Shown: positions 27,901 to 38,497, counted from the stretch's first letter. The stretch: DNA of 64,000 nucleotides from Macrostomum lignano (GCA_002269645.1 NIVC01002502.1:62001-126000), one strand, 5' to 3'. A program made the numbers and translations. The notes: a model not told the origin generated them from the letters alone.

Positions 27901-30183
27901 CTCTGCTGGGCTTCCAGTTCCAAGGTCCTATAGTGGGCTTCCAGTTCCAAGGTCATATGCTGGGCTTCCAGTTCCAAGGTCCTATAGTGGGCTTCCAGTT
28001 CCAAGGTCATATGCTGGGCTTCCAGTTCCAAGGTCCTATGGTGGGCTTCCAGTTCCAAGGTCCTATGGTGGGCTTCCAGTTCCAAGGTCCTATGGTGGGC
28101 TTCCAGTTCCAAGGTCCTATAGTGGGCTTCCAGTTCCAAGGTCCTATGGTGGGCTTCCAGTTCCAAGGTCCTATAGTGGGCTTCCAGTTCCAAGGTCATA
28201 TGCTGGGCTTCCAGTTCCAAGGTCCTATAGTGGGCTTCCAGTTCCAAGGTCATATGCTGGGCTTCCAGTTCCAAGGTCCATTGGTAGGCTACTAGGGTCC
28301 TATGGTGGGCAGTCAATACTAATCCCTTCCCTGTCCAAGGTGGGCCTTAAACACAAAGCAGCGCTCATCCAACACTTGTAAAGATATTGAACTCGTTGAT
28401 AGAAGTCACTGAAGCAATGAGCAGCATTATAATAAAAACGATGTAGCACGTACCCCATTTCTTCGCTTATATTTTCGACTGTTGTTGACCCAGGAGGCCA
28501 GCAGCTTTTTAGTAGAGTAATACAAATTTGAGGCCATCACTACAGCGAGTCGTGCATTGGCAAAGTCGCATCAATTTGAGACACTTATTATTATGAATAT
28601 AAAATGAATCGCTAGCGAGTTGTGAAGATCTACTACTCATTGGCACGAGTGTACGACAATTAGTACACAAAATTGCATAATTTAATTAGTTAATTAATTC
28701 ATATATAGCTTTAGCAATTTACAAAGTAAATTGAAATGCTCAGTTATTTTAACATTATTAGCAGACTTCAAACTCGAGCAGGAGCTAATTTTTTTATTAT
28801 AAAATTATTAAAACTCACGCATTTTATTCAGATTCCTACTGTCAGTAGGAGTAAAATAATATTAATAGCAATAGTTTGTATGATAAAAAACTATGACGCA
28901 ACAATTATAAATTTTTTCTACTTTAAGTAGGGAAAACGACTTTAAATCTGTTTTTATTTCCGAAATAAAAATATGACGTAACAATAGAATATTTGAAAAT
29001 CTGACCTTTCCACGTGTCGGGCTCAGCAACAATACCGGACGCCAATTGAGCTTGCTCGATAACCGTCTGGGCTACAGCTTGATTGACCGTGTGCTCCCAG
29101 CTGTTTAATAGTACATTTAGGGAGTCATTAGAGCGCGAACTAATCACTAAACTAAATAATAATGCAAGTCTTTTATCGAACTTACGGTTTGGAGAAATCA
29201 AACAGATGAGGCCCGCTACCGCGCAGATTCTTGTAAGTGTCTTTAAGAAGGTTCTAAAAATTTATTTGTTAAAAATCATATCTTAGATTAACTAAATTGC
29301 ATGTTACTTTAAGTAGCTCACTCCTCGATTTTTACTAAAAAAACTAAACTCTTATTTTTATCTTACTAAAAACGACATTTTCTATCATACTACTTAAGTA
29401 AGGATAGCTCAGCGTCTCCATGGATTTTTTTGGCTAAATTTGCAAGAAAAATACATAAATTAAAGAAAATAAATAAATCAAGTAGGAAAACTTCGCAGTC
29501 CTCACCCGAACATCGGCGCCACCGCCGGAGACTGCGGCGGCAGCGGCCGCAGCAGCTGCAGCGGACAGCTGATCGTCGCATTCAATCAGGGATGACCGGC
29601 CAGCGTGTTGATGCTGTTGGCCTCGCTGCCTGGTGCGCTGCTGAAACTGCCGACTACTGCTGCCGCCGCTCTCCTCCCCCATAATCATGACGCAATCGTC
29701 CGCTCCATCGTCAAATGTCTCGTCGACAAAATCGCCAACGCTACCGGTGGCACCACCTATGGCGAATTTTTCTTCATCAACCAGCAGGGAGGAGGCGGAG
29801 GCTGGGGCCTGACTGGATTCGCTCGGCTCGGCTTTGAAGCTGTTGCTGGCGCAGTGCCGCTTGCTAGGCGGAGGTTTGGCCGCCGTTTCCATGGCAACAG
29901 CGGCTGAAGCGGCCCGATCGTGTAGCAACGTTAGTTGACGATTGGCTTCGTCGAGCTGATGACGCAGCTGGCAGGCTGACGGGTGCATGACGTCAACCAG
30001 CTGGTGCTGCAGATTCTGTACCAGACGCATTGCGGACACCAGGTCTTCTAGGGGCATGCTCTCCAGCAGCATGCCCGCGTTGAGCAGGGTGGACTCGAAC
30101 AGGGTCAGGGCTGAGAAGCCCACGCCGCCCGACGCGGCCGACTGGTTTAGCATTGCAGAAGGCGATTGAACTGCTGCGGCCAT
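24957..30183 (-). CDS. Paralogue A: uncharacterised C14orf93-like family protein (~442 aa with variable exon A1 or A2)
   Basis: Exons 30183-29506 (phase 0), 29253-29186 (NLLKDTYKNLRGSGPHLFDFSKP, phase 2), 29100-29006 (WEHTVNQAVAQTVIEQAQ..DTWK, phase 1), one of A1/A2/A3, then 25358-24957 (KLSRRQKAF..DLTSSDEED..VRQLVWESDRVREIKSALD..SARLVPPGAPDWA). All GT..AG; homologous to B and C exon by exon. The C14orf93 likeness of the SSDEE/WES/LD/S.R..P...P.W region is recalled knowledge. Confidence 0.82.
25408..26180. repeat. 29-bp minisatellite GCTTAGGGATCGATATCCTCACTGTGGGA in the last intron of paralogue A
   Basis: Direct inspection; each unit contains TTAGGG and ATCGAT. Confidence 0.96.
26214..26290 (-). 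CDS. Paralogue A candidate variable exon A3 (77 nt): (G)ELRKCVFTTLLNWRKDSRKYLRRNS
   Basis: Acceptor ctcctcaag|, donor |gtaaga, phase 1 to 0. Clearly similar to A1 (LLxxW..[DN]SRKY.RRN). Confidence 0.72.
26445..26530 (-). CDS. Paralogue A candidate variable exon A2 (86 nt): (G)ACRSQFINETKWIGIRRRSAARCNKLKQ
   Basis: Acceptor tcactcag|, donor CAG|gtatcc, phase 1 to 0, same length as A1, basic. Sequence similarity to A1/A3 is weak. Confidence 0.55.
26765..28280. repeat. 27-bp minisatellite (GGTGGGCTTCCAGTTCCAAGGTCCTAT)n between exons A1 and A2
   Basis: About 56 units; in-frame 9-codon unit gives the 508-aa MVGFQFQGP ORF. Confidence 0.97.
28454..28539 (-). CDS. Paralogue A candidate variable exon A1 (86 nt): (V)MASNLYYSTKKLLASWVNNSRKYKRRNG
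   Basis: Acceptor gctgtag|, donor |gtacgt, phase 1 to 0, open frame. Confidence 0.7.
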
Positions 30184-30297
30184 GCTGGCTGTGAGACACT
30201 GCTCGGCTGTGGGGCGAACGGGGCCAGTGACAAGTGATGGATGGACATATATGGCCATAGTTGACAGCTATGGACAGCTGAATTAGATTTGCTGTAA

Positions 30298-30416
30298 AGA
30301 CAGACAGACAGACACTAAGACGGACAGACAGACAGACACAAACAGACACTAGATAGAGACAGACAGACAGACAGACAGACACAAGGCAGACAGACAGACA
30401 GACGATAGACAGACAC

Positions 30417-30463
<47 letters not shown>

Positions 30464-30588
30464 TACAGACATACAAGACATACAGACAGACAGACAGACA
30501 TACAGACAGACATACAGACAGGCAGGCAGACAGACAGACAGACAGACACAAGGCAGACAGACAGACAGACACACAGACAGACAGACAC

Positions 30589-30623
<35 letters not shown>

Positions 30624-30630
30624 CACACAC

Positions 30631-30661
<31 letters not shown>
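30298..30661. repeat. Imperfect (CAGA)n upstream of the paralogue A start codon
   Basis: Direct inspection. Confidence 0.93.
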
Positions 30662-31765
30662 GTTTAGCCTACGTTAGTACAACAATCTCTTAAAAACATC
30701 AAACAAATAGAAACCCTGCTCAGAAAAATAACAGTTAAAAGTGCCATCACTGAACTTGGCAACAGAAACGGAGAGTTACGAATGTGACTGGGTGTATTTG
30801 TCATTCTGTTTGTGAAATGTCAAATTGACAATGCAAGTATTGTTGACAAGATAAACGATGAAAATGCAAACAGTAATTGAATTGAACATTCAAATTAGTC
30901 ATACTTACAAACAAAAGCCAAGAAATTCTGCCAAATACAGGTTAGGCAGAGGTACACAAGGTGATCAAAATGAACAGCTTAAATGTTTAACCTGCTACTT
31001 TGGTCAGTAAAGTAGGTAGGTTATATCTTAGATGTTTATTTACGAGTAGGATGCATTGTGTTAACTGTTTAGCATAAGAATGATTACAAGTAAAATCCAG
31101 TTCTGAATTAACGAAATAACACATGCTGAGTTTAGATGAACCGGATTGAAGATCATTGTCGAGTTCAAAGTGCGGAACAGCTGATGTCGGTATTCTGATG
31201 GGGAGGTGGGACAATGCATAAAAATTGTGCAAATAAAAAAATTAAAAGCATTGCTGGCTACTAATAATAGAAAACACTAGAGATTATAATATTATTAGAC
31301 TAGCCTGTATCGAAGGCTACTTTAAGTAGGAAGTAAGCATTCAATTTATTATTTTTCAAATTAAATGTTTAAATTAAAATACGGATGTGCCCCTTTGCAA
31401 TCATCATCACTGACTACTTGCAAAAATTAAAAAAGGTTTTACGTAACATATCGGCATATCTTCAACTTATCTAAATCCGTAATAAATTATTTTCGATGTG
31501 TTATTATTGTTCCTCATTGTACAGCTTCGATAACCTTATTATTGCGTAAATTTATCTACGCAACATATCGGTAGTTATCTTCAACTTTTGCACATCTATA
31601 GTAATGGAGCTGCAATAATTTTATTCAATATTAATTTAATTCATCATTGCTACAACGATCTTTTAGTTTAGGAAGCTCCTCATTGTACAATTTCGATGAC
31701 CACACTTATAAAGTTATTTACGCAACATATCGGCAGGCTCAATAATCTAATTAAAGAGTTCAAAG

Positions 31766-34700
31766 CTACTGCCCGTCCCCGCTATAGTCCTGCTGGGCTC
31801 CCGCAGGCGCCCAGGCCGGGTCCCGGGCCCACGGCGCGCAGTCTGGCGGCGGCGGCCGCTCGGACTGGCAGGCGAGATTTCGCTGAAGCCGCTGCAGCTC
31901 GGCGCGCTGCTTCTCGTCGGCCAGCTGTTCGACAAACACGCCGTCAAGATGCTGCTTGACGCTGCGCAATTCGGCGCTCTCCCAGGCCAAGCAGCGAACT
32001 CGGGCGGTCTCAGCTGAGTCCAAGTCCGCCCCGGTCTCCTCATCCGAGCTGGTGTAGTCTCTGGTTAGCACGCTCTGGTAGCGCTGCCGAGACTGCTCAT
32101 CCAGGCTGTCCTTGATTGCCTCGTAGCTTTTCTGGCGACGGTTCAGCTTCTGCGTGGGTGGGGGAGTTGGGACAGGCGGGCGGGTGAGAATGGGGGCTGG
32201 CCTGAATGTGTGAGAATGAAGGCCAGAAGGTGTGTGAGTATGAAGGCCTGAAGGTGTGTGAGAATGAAGGCCTGAAGGTGTGTGAGTATGAAGGCCTGAA
32301 GGTGTGTGAGAATGAAGGCATGAAGGTGAGAATGAAGGCCTGGTGTGTGAGAATGAAAGCCTGAAGGTGTGAGGATAAAGGCCTGGTGTGTGATAATGAA
32401 AGCCTGAAGGTGTCAGAATAAAGGCTCGAAGGTGAGAATGAAGAACTGAAGGTGTGAGGATAAAAGCCTGGTGTGAGAATGAAGGCCTGAAGGTGTGAGA
32501 ATGAAGGCCTGAAGGTGAGATGAAGGCCTGAAGGTGAGAATGAAGGCCTGAAGGTGAGAATAAAGGCCTGAAGGTGAGAATGAAGAACTGAAGGTGTGAG
32601 GATAAAGACCTGGTGTGTGAGAATAAAGGCCTGGTGTGTGAGAACGAAGGCCTGAAGGTGTGAGGATGAAGGTTTGAATGTGTGTGAGAATGAAGGCCTG
32701 AAGGTGTGAGAACAAAGGCCTGAAGGTATGAGAAAAAAGTCCTGAAGTTGTGAGGATGAAGGCCTGAAGGTGCAAGGATGAAGGCCTGAAGGTGAAGCGC
32801 CCCAAGCTAACTCACAATTTGTACTTTTAATAACGAATTAAACTTGGACTGCCTAGCTTTGGCAAGAAAATCACGCCTATAACGCTGCGTGTACCAACTG
32901 CGCAGGTATTTCATAGACACTGCTGTAAAAATATTGTCAGGCATCATGGTATGGATAATTTGAAGGAATAGAAATATCAATTGAAAGGTTTCAAACCGGT
33001 TGCCGAATCATCGCAATTAATTGTGGAGCCTTATTAACTATTCATATTTCTGAATTGAATGGTATCAAACGATCCGTACGAGTACACATCGAGTGCATAT
33101 TCAAGCCAGGAGTGACTTATTTACCTTGAGGCTAGTAGGAGCTGGTCGGAATAGTGTACATTGAGGCTAGTGGGGGCTGGCCGGAATAGAGTGTATGTAC
33201 ATTGAGGCTAGGTGGGCTGGTCGGAAAGAAGTGTACATTGAGGCTAGGGGGGGGGGGCTGGCCGGAAAGAAGTGTACATTGAGGCTAGGGGGCTGGCCGG
33301 AATAGAGTGTACATTGAGGCTAGGGGAGCTGGTCGGAATAGTGTACATTGAGGCTAGTAGGAGCTGGTCGGAATAGTGTACATTGAGGCTAGGGGAGCTG
33401 GTCGGAATAGTGTACATTGAGGCTAGGGGAGCTGGTCGGAATAGTGTACATTGAGGCTAGTAGGAGCTGGTCGGAATAGTGTACATTGAGGCTAGTAGGA
33501 GCTGATCGGAATACTGTACATTGAGGCTAGGGGAGCTGGTCGTAATAGTGTACATTGAGGCTAGTAGGAGCTGATCGGAATACTGTACATTGAGACTAGT
33601 AGGAGCTGATCGGAATAGTGTACATTGAGGCTAGGGGAGCTGGTCGGAATAGTGTACATGGAGGCTAGTAGGAGCTGATCGGAATAGTGTACATTGAGGC
33701 TAGGGGAGCTGGTCGGAATAGTGTACATTGAGGCTAGGGGAGCTGGTCGGAATAGTGTACATTGAGGCTAGGGGAGCTGGTCGGAATAGTGTACATTGAG
33801 GCTAGGGGAGCTGGTCGGAATAGTGTACATTGAGGCTAGGGGAGCTGATCGGAATACTGTACATTGAGGCTAGGGGAGCTGGTCGGAATAGTGTACATTG
33901 AGGCTAGTAGGAGCTGATCGGAATAGTGTACATTGAGGCTAGTAGGAGCTGATCGGAATAGTGCACATTGAGGCTAGGGGAGCTGGTCGGAATAGTGTAC
34001 ATTGAGGCTAGGTGGGCTGGCCGGAAAGAAGTGTACATTGAGGCTAGGGGGGGGCGGGGCTGGCCGGAATAGAGTGTACATTGAGGCTAGGTGGGCTGGT
34101 CGGAAAGAAGTGTACATTGAGGCTAGGGGGGCTGGTCGGAAAGAAGTGTACATTGATGCTGGGGGGGGGGCTGGCCGGAATAGAGTGTACATTGAGGCTA
34201 AAATGAGGGACAAACATGAATTTAGAAGACCCCCAGAGACTCACAGTCTGCACGAAGATTAACGAATTGAGCTTAGACTGCCTAGCCTTGGCATTATAGT
34301 CGCGTCTAAGATTTTGACTGTACCAATTTCGCAAATATTTTTGCGAAACAGCTGAAACATGTATAAATATTGGAAATTGCACTAGAAAGTTCAGTTGCTT
34401 TAAGAAATAATCAACCTATACTACTTATTAGAAAGGTATATAAAGGACCCATCGCAAAAATGGAACAATACAACAAACTAGTCACGTAGAGCATTAATGC
34501 AAAAAATGTCTTGCAGCCTATAAATAAAAATGGTAATAAAAATTCATTTGCGTAAAAGCGTGCATTTTGGATGGGGATTAGGGATGGTTGCTTATGTTTG
34601 TGAACTGATGTACACATTGCGGGGGATGAGATCTGGGGGTGGTCGTTTATGATTCTTGGGCTGATGTACATCGCGGGGGACGAGATCTGGGGTGGTCTGC

Positions 34701-37700
34701 TTATGATTCGTGGGGTGGTCTTATGATGGGCTGATGAACAGACCACCAATACTCACAGTCTGCAGGCTGATAAGAGAGGAGATCTTGCATTTATCGGTCT
34801 TGGCTTTGAAGCTGCGCTTCAAAAATTGCGTATACCAAATGCGAAGATATTTGAAGGAACTGGCTACAATTTCAAGTATTTTTTTACAAAAATACAATTC
34901 ATAAATCTGTAGTTTTAATATACACGAATGAAATATAACACAAGAATTGGAGTTGTTGCAAGGCCAAGATATGCGACAGATGCTCAAGAGACTTATAATA
35001 ATCTTAAGTGTTTTGTAACTCACAAGAGTGGCTGATATGCTAAAATTCGGTCTCAAACGGCGCTGGTAGGGATAGCGCAAATTCTTAGAGTAATGCGGCT
35101 TTAGGTAACGATGACAAGAGGCTGCAAGTATTGATTTCGGCACAATTGATTTGCTGATAATTATTATGAAAGCTAAATCCTTATGCTTTTACTCGTAAGT
35201 CTCTAAGGCTTCATTTCGCTGCCTCTCCGCCGCATTGCAGTGTTTGAGTTGTTAAAAAGTCATAAGAATCGCCTCAGAGGCACTAGTGAGTTTTTTGCCC
35301 TCAACTCGGGGAGGAATTCAGAAAACAGTTAATAAAAAGCAGCAAACAAATTTAATTGATTTACCAATAACTGTTTAATAATTTTTGTGTTGCCATTTTT
35401 CACCGACTTAATATTGTGATCTCTCTTTAATACGCTGTAATAGTAGGCCTTGAAGTACCGCCCGATCATGGCTACAATACGAGTTGTAAGATCAAAATAA
35501 TACGAAAATGTTATTATTCAGTTCGTTAAGTATTGCCAATTTAAAAGCTTAACTAGCGCAAAGGAGCTGCAGTGCACTTGGCTTGTACTGGCTTGACCAT
35601 TGGCATATTTGATTTAGTAGCCAAATTGAAGGTAAAATTGAGTTGAATCTCTTAATAACCAGCTGATGGGCACCCAGCGTGCAGAAATCTTGCTCAGGTT
35701 GAGCATTGAGCACAGATCAGCCGGATGGATCCCGATCAGATGCCCATCTCAGCTTCTATCCAGGCCGCAGTGACTCAGGTGTCATCCTAAACCAAGGCCC
35801 GAACAGGAAGCTGCGCCCCTCATCATCCGGACTTTGCTTACCGCATCGAAATTCGGCAAACCAATCAAAATCTTCGGACAAGCTAGTACGGCGCTTCATC
35901 TCCAAAAGCTCATGTGAGTCGTTTAAGCTTGTACAATATAAAAATATCATAGCTCTCCAATGATTCCTATTGAGTTCCAATGTGACTTTGACAGATATGT
36001 TGCCTATGGTTCCCTCATCCTTACCACGGAGAGCGTCATTATACCGGCCATTCTGGCGGCGTCTTCGAATCTTTTATAAGTAGGCTTTAGAGTAGACTTG
36101 TAGTACACTCTCAGGTAGTTCTTCAGTGCGCTGTCTGCCATCAGTTGCAACATGATTATTCATATCATGATAATGTGGGTTTCCATTAATTATCCTAAAT
36201 TATTGACGATAGACTTTCCAGGCGAAATTGGATCAACATTAAAGCTCTGATTAGCATTTACTTTTTTAAGTGAAAAGCAGTTAGTTTGAGTTAATTAGTT
36301 AATTATTAACATACTAGAAAATGAGGGGACAATTTTCTGTCCAGACGTTGAGAAACGAAGCCAAATAATATTGTTCGAATCCCGCCTTGCTAGCCTAATT
36401 AATATTTAGCTCATTAAATATGCACAAACACACATCTTTGCGATGGCCCTGCAACGCCCTTTTATAATACTCGTATCATTTCTAGTTTTTAACTAAATAC
36501 GCAAATTGTACTACTGATACTAAGTAGTTTTATTTCAATAAAATGCTAGAAAATTCTCACTGCGCCAGGCTTGCAGATTGGCCGGCCGCTCGCGGCCAAG
36601 CATCAGCGCCTTGTCAATCACCCGATTGGCCGCCTGCACATTGGCCTTGGCCGAATAGGGCAGGGCAAAGTCGAATACGTTGCTGCCAGTCTCGTCTTTG
36701 AGCACTCGATAGGCCCGCCTGAGCACGCTTTTCCACTCGTTGGACAGCTCGCCGACACCGCCGCTGCCGGCGCCGCCGCTGCCGCCCATGAGTGCGGAGT
36801 CGTCGCCAGCCAGGCCAGACGAGCCGGCGCCCATCAGCACCTGCTGGGAGCGACCGCCGCCCAGCCTGCTGCCTCCGAGGCCAGACTGATCCAGCATGAA
36901 GTCCGTCTCCATCAGCACGCAGTCGTCGTCGGAATCGGCCGTTGAAGCCTCCAGTTTCATTGATGTCGCCGGCTGAGAGAACTGCTGCTGCTGTTGCTGC
37001 TGCTGCATGAGCAGCTTCTCCGCTTTGTCCGGCTTCGACGAGGTGCTCGACGAATCAGCAAAGGCAGGTGGAGGCGGCGGGCACTGAAAGGTGCAGAGGT
37101 TGAATGGAGATTGACAATCAACTGCATTTATGCTACTAATAGTAGGTGCGAGATTTCTCAGTAGCGTGCGAACCTCGGGACACACTGCCAAATCTCAGGA
37201 CACACTGCCAAGCCTAAGGACACGCTGCCAACCCTAAGGACACACTGCCAACCCTAAGGACACGCTGCCAACCCTAAGGAAACGCTGCCAACCCTAAGGA
37301 CACGCAACCAACCCTCAGGACACACTGCCAACCCTCAGGACACACTGCCAACCCTCAGGACACACTGCCAACCCTCAGGACACGCTGCCAACCCTCAGGA
37401 CACGCTGCCAACCCTAAGGACACGCTGCCAACCCTAAGGACACACTGCCAACCCTAAGGACACGCTGCCAACCCTAAGGACACGCTGCCAACCCTCAGGA
37501 CACACTGCCAACCCTAAGGACACGCTGCCAACCCTAAGGACACGCTGCCAACCCTCAGGACACGCTGCCAACCCTCAGGACACACTGCCAACCCTCAGGA
37601 CACACTGCCAACCCTCAGGACACACTGCCAACCCTAAGGACACGCTGCCAACCCTAAGGACACGCTGCCAACCCTAAGGACACGCTGCCAACCCTAAGGA

Positions 37701-38187
37701 CACACTGCCAACCCTAAGCACACGCTGCCAACCCTAAGGACACGCTGCCAACCCTCAGGACACACTGCCAACTCTCAGGACACGCTGCCAACCCTCAGGA
37801 CACACTGCCAACTCTCAGGACACACTGCCAACCCTCAGGACACACTGCCAAGCCTCAGGACACACTGCCAACCCTCCAATCAATATTGAACTCATCCCAG
37901 ATTGCGCATTACTGCAATAGCGCCTCTCTTACCAAGGCGTGCTCGTCGGCCACGCTCGCCAGCCGCTGCACAGCAGGATCCAGCACTTCCATGAGGTGGC
38001 CGTTCAGCTGCGCCACAATGCGGAATGCCAGCAGCAGGTCGCGCACTGCCATGTTATCAATAAGCATAGTGGCGCTGGATATTGTGCACTCGAACATGGT
38101 TAGCGGCGAGAACGTTCCGCCGCCACCGCTGCCCCCGCCGCCCCCTCTGAGCGGCTGCGAGGGCATAGAAAAAGTAGCTGACGCCAT
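31766..38187 (-). CDS. Paralogue B: uncharacterised C14orf93-like family protein (~422 aa with one 107-nt variable exon)
   Basis: Exons 38187-37933 (FSPLTMFECTISSATMLIDNMAVRDLLLAFRIV.., donor |gtaaga, phase 0), 37083-36561 (..EWKSVLRRAYRVL..FDFALPYSAKANVQAANRVIDKAL..QAWR, donor A|gtgaga, phase 1), one of B1-B6, then 32149-31766 (KLNRRQKSYE..DYTSSDEE..VRCLAWESAELRSVKQHLD..SERPPPPDCAPWA). The sum 255+523+107+384=1269 nt is in frame. Confidence 0.87.
32195..32795. repeat. Degenerate ~20-24-bp repeat GAATGAAGGCCTGAAGGTGTG in the last intron of paralogue B
   Basis: Direct inspection. Confidence 0.9.
32816..32922 (-). CDS. Paralogue B variable exon B6 (107 nt): (T)VSMKYLRSWYTQRYRRDFLAKARQSKFNSLLKVQI
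   Basis: atttttacag| ... |gtgagt, phase 1 to 0. Shares GCCAA(G/A)GCTAGGCAGTC with B5. Confidence 0.88.
33125..34200. repeat. ~34-bp minisatellite GTACATTGAGGCTAGGGGAGCTGGTCGGAATAGT between exons B5 and B6
   Basis: Direct inspection. Confidence 0.94.
34245..34351 (-). CDS. Paralogue B variable exon B5 (107 nt): (T)VSQKYLRNWYSQNLRRDYNAKARQSKLNSLIFVQT
   Basis: atgtttcag| ... CAGACT|gtgagt, phase 1 to 0. Confidence 0.88.
34575..34740. repeat. Short degenerate ~58-bp tandem duplication between exons B4 and B5
   Basis: TGATGTACA..GCGGGGGA(T/C)GAGATCTGGGG occurs twice, with a third partial copy. Confidence 0.7.
34757..34863 (-). CDS. Paralogue B variable exon B4 (107 nt): (T)SSFKYLRIWYTQFLKRSFKAKTDKCKISSLISLQT
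   Basis: aattgtag| ... CAGACT|gtgagt, phase 1 to 0. Confidence 0.87.
35024..35121 (-). CDS. Paralogue B variable exon B3 (98 nt): (T)SCHRYLKPHYSKNLRYPYQRRLRPNFSISATL
   Basis: tacttgcag| ... |gtgagt, phase 1 to 0, RYL..HY motif. Confidence 0.8.
35365..35471 (-). CDS. Paralogue B variable exon B2 (107 nt): (T)MIGRYFKAYYYSVLKRDHNIKSVKNGNTKIIKQLL
   Basis: gtattgtag| ... |gtaaat, phase 1 to 0, RYF.AYY motif. Confidence 0.78.
35668..35900 (-). mobile_element. Decayed mariner (Tc1/mariner) transposase N-terminal fragment
   Basis: Minus-strand translation DWFAEFRCGKQSPDDEGRS ... IEAEMGI*SGSIRLI (frameshift) LNLSKISARWVP matches the mariner HTH motifs WF..F..G..S..D..RSGRP, IA..MGIS.GS and the conserved [LM].K.SARWVP linker. 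No TIRs identified. Confidence 0.75.
36025..36134 (-). CDS. Paralogue B variable exon B1 (110 nt): (N)SALKNYLRVYYKSTLKPTYKRFEDAARMAGIMTLSV
   Basis: gatggcag| ... |gtaagg, phase 1 to 0. Closest to the single exon of paralogue C (YL..[WY]Y..TLKPT). Confidence 0.8.
37190..37875. repeat. 20-bp (GGACAC(G/A)CTGCCAACCCT(A/C)A)n minisatellite in paralogue B intron 1
   Basis: Direct inspection; many units contain CCCTAA. Confidence 0.96.
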
Positions 38188-38339
38188 GCCAATGAAAAGC
38201 TTGGAATTTAACGATGTAACTGTGCGAGGAATTTGCTATTTATTCGAGTTTATTCCGTCGGTAGGACGGTGCTGAATAGGCAATTTGCTGCAACGGGTGA
38301 AGGAGAGAAGACTTCAATTCTGGCAAGATGTTCTTTTGT

Positions 38340-38497
38340 TCTGTCTGTCTGTCTGCCTGTCTGTCTGCCTGCCAGCCTGCCTGCCAGCCTGTCTGCCTGC
38401 CAGCCTGCCTGCCTGCCTGCCTGTCTGTCTGCCTGCGTGTCTGTCTGCCTGCCTGCCTGCCAGCCAGCCAGCCTGCCTGTCTGTCTGTCTGCCTGCG

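Noticed and set aside
28330-28415. Extra paralogue A variable exon (QYLYKCWM) and a degenerate DSRNLNKM segment near 28820
   Set aside because: The first has a phase-2 acceptor and a stop in the required frame; the second contains an in-frame stop and a phase-1 donor.
35765-35912. Plus-strand exon-like segment (ccag|...|gtgagt) and a similar one at 35241-35285
   Set aside because: The first overlaps the mariner remnant encoded on the opposite strand; no coherent plus-strand gene could be linked.
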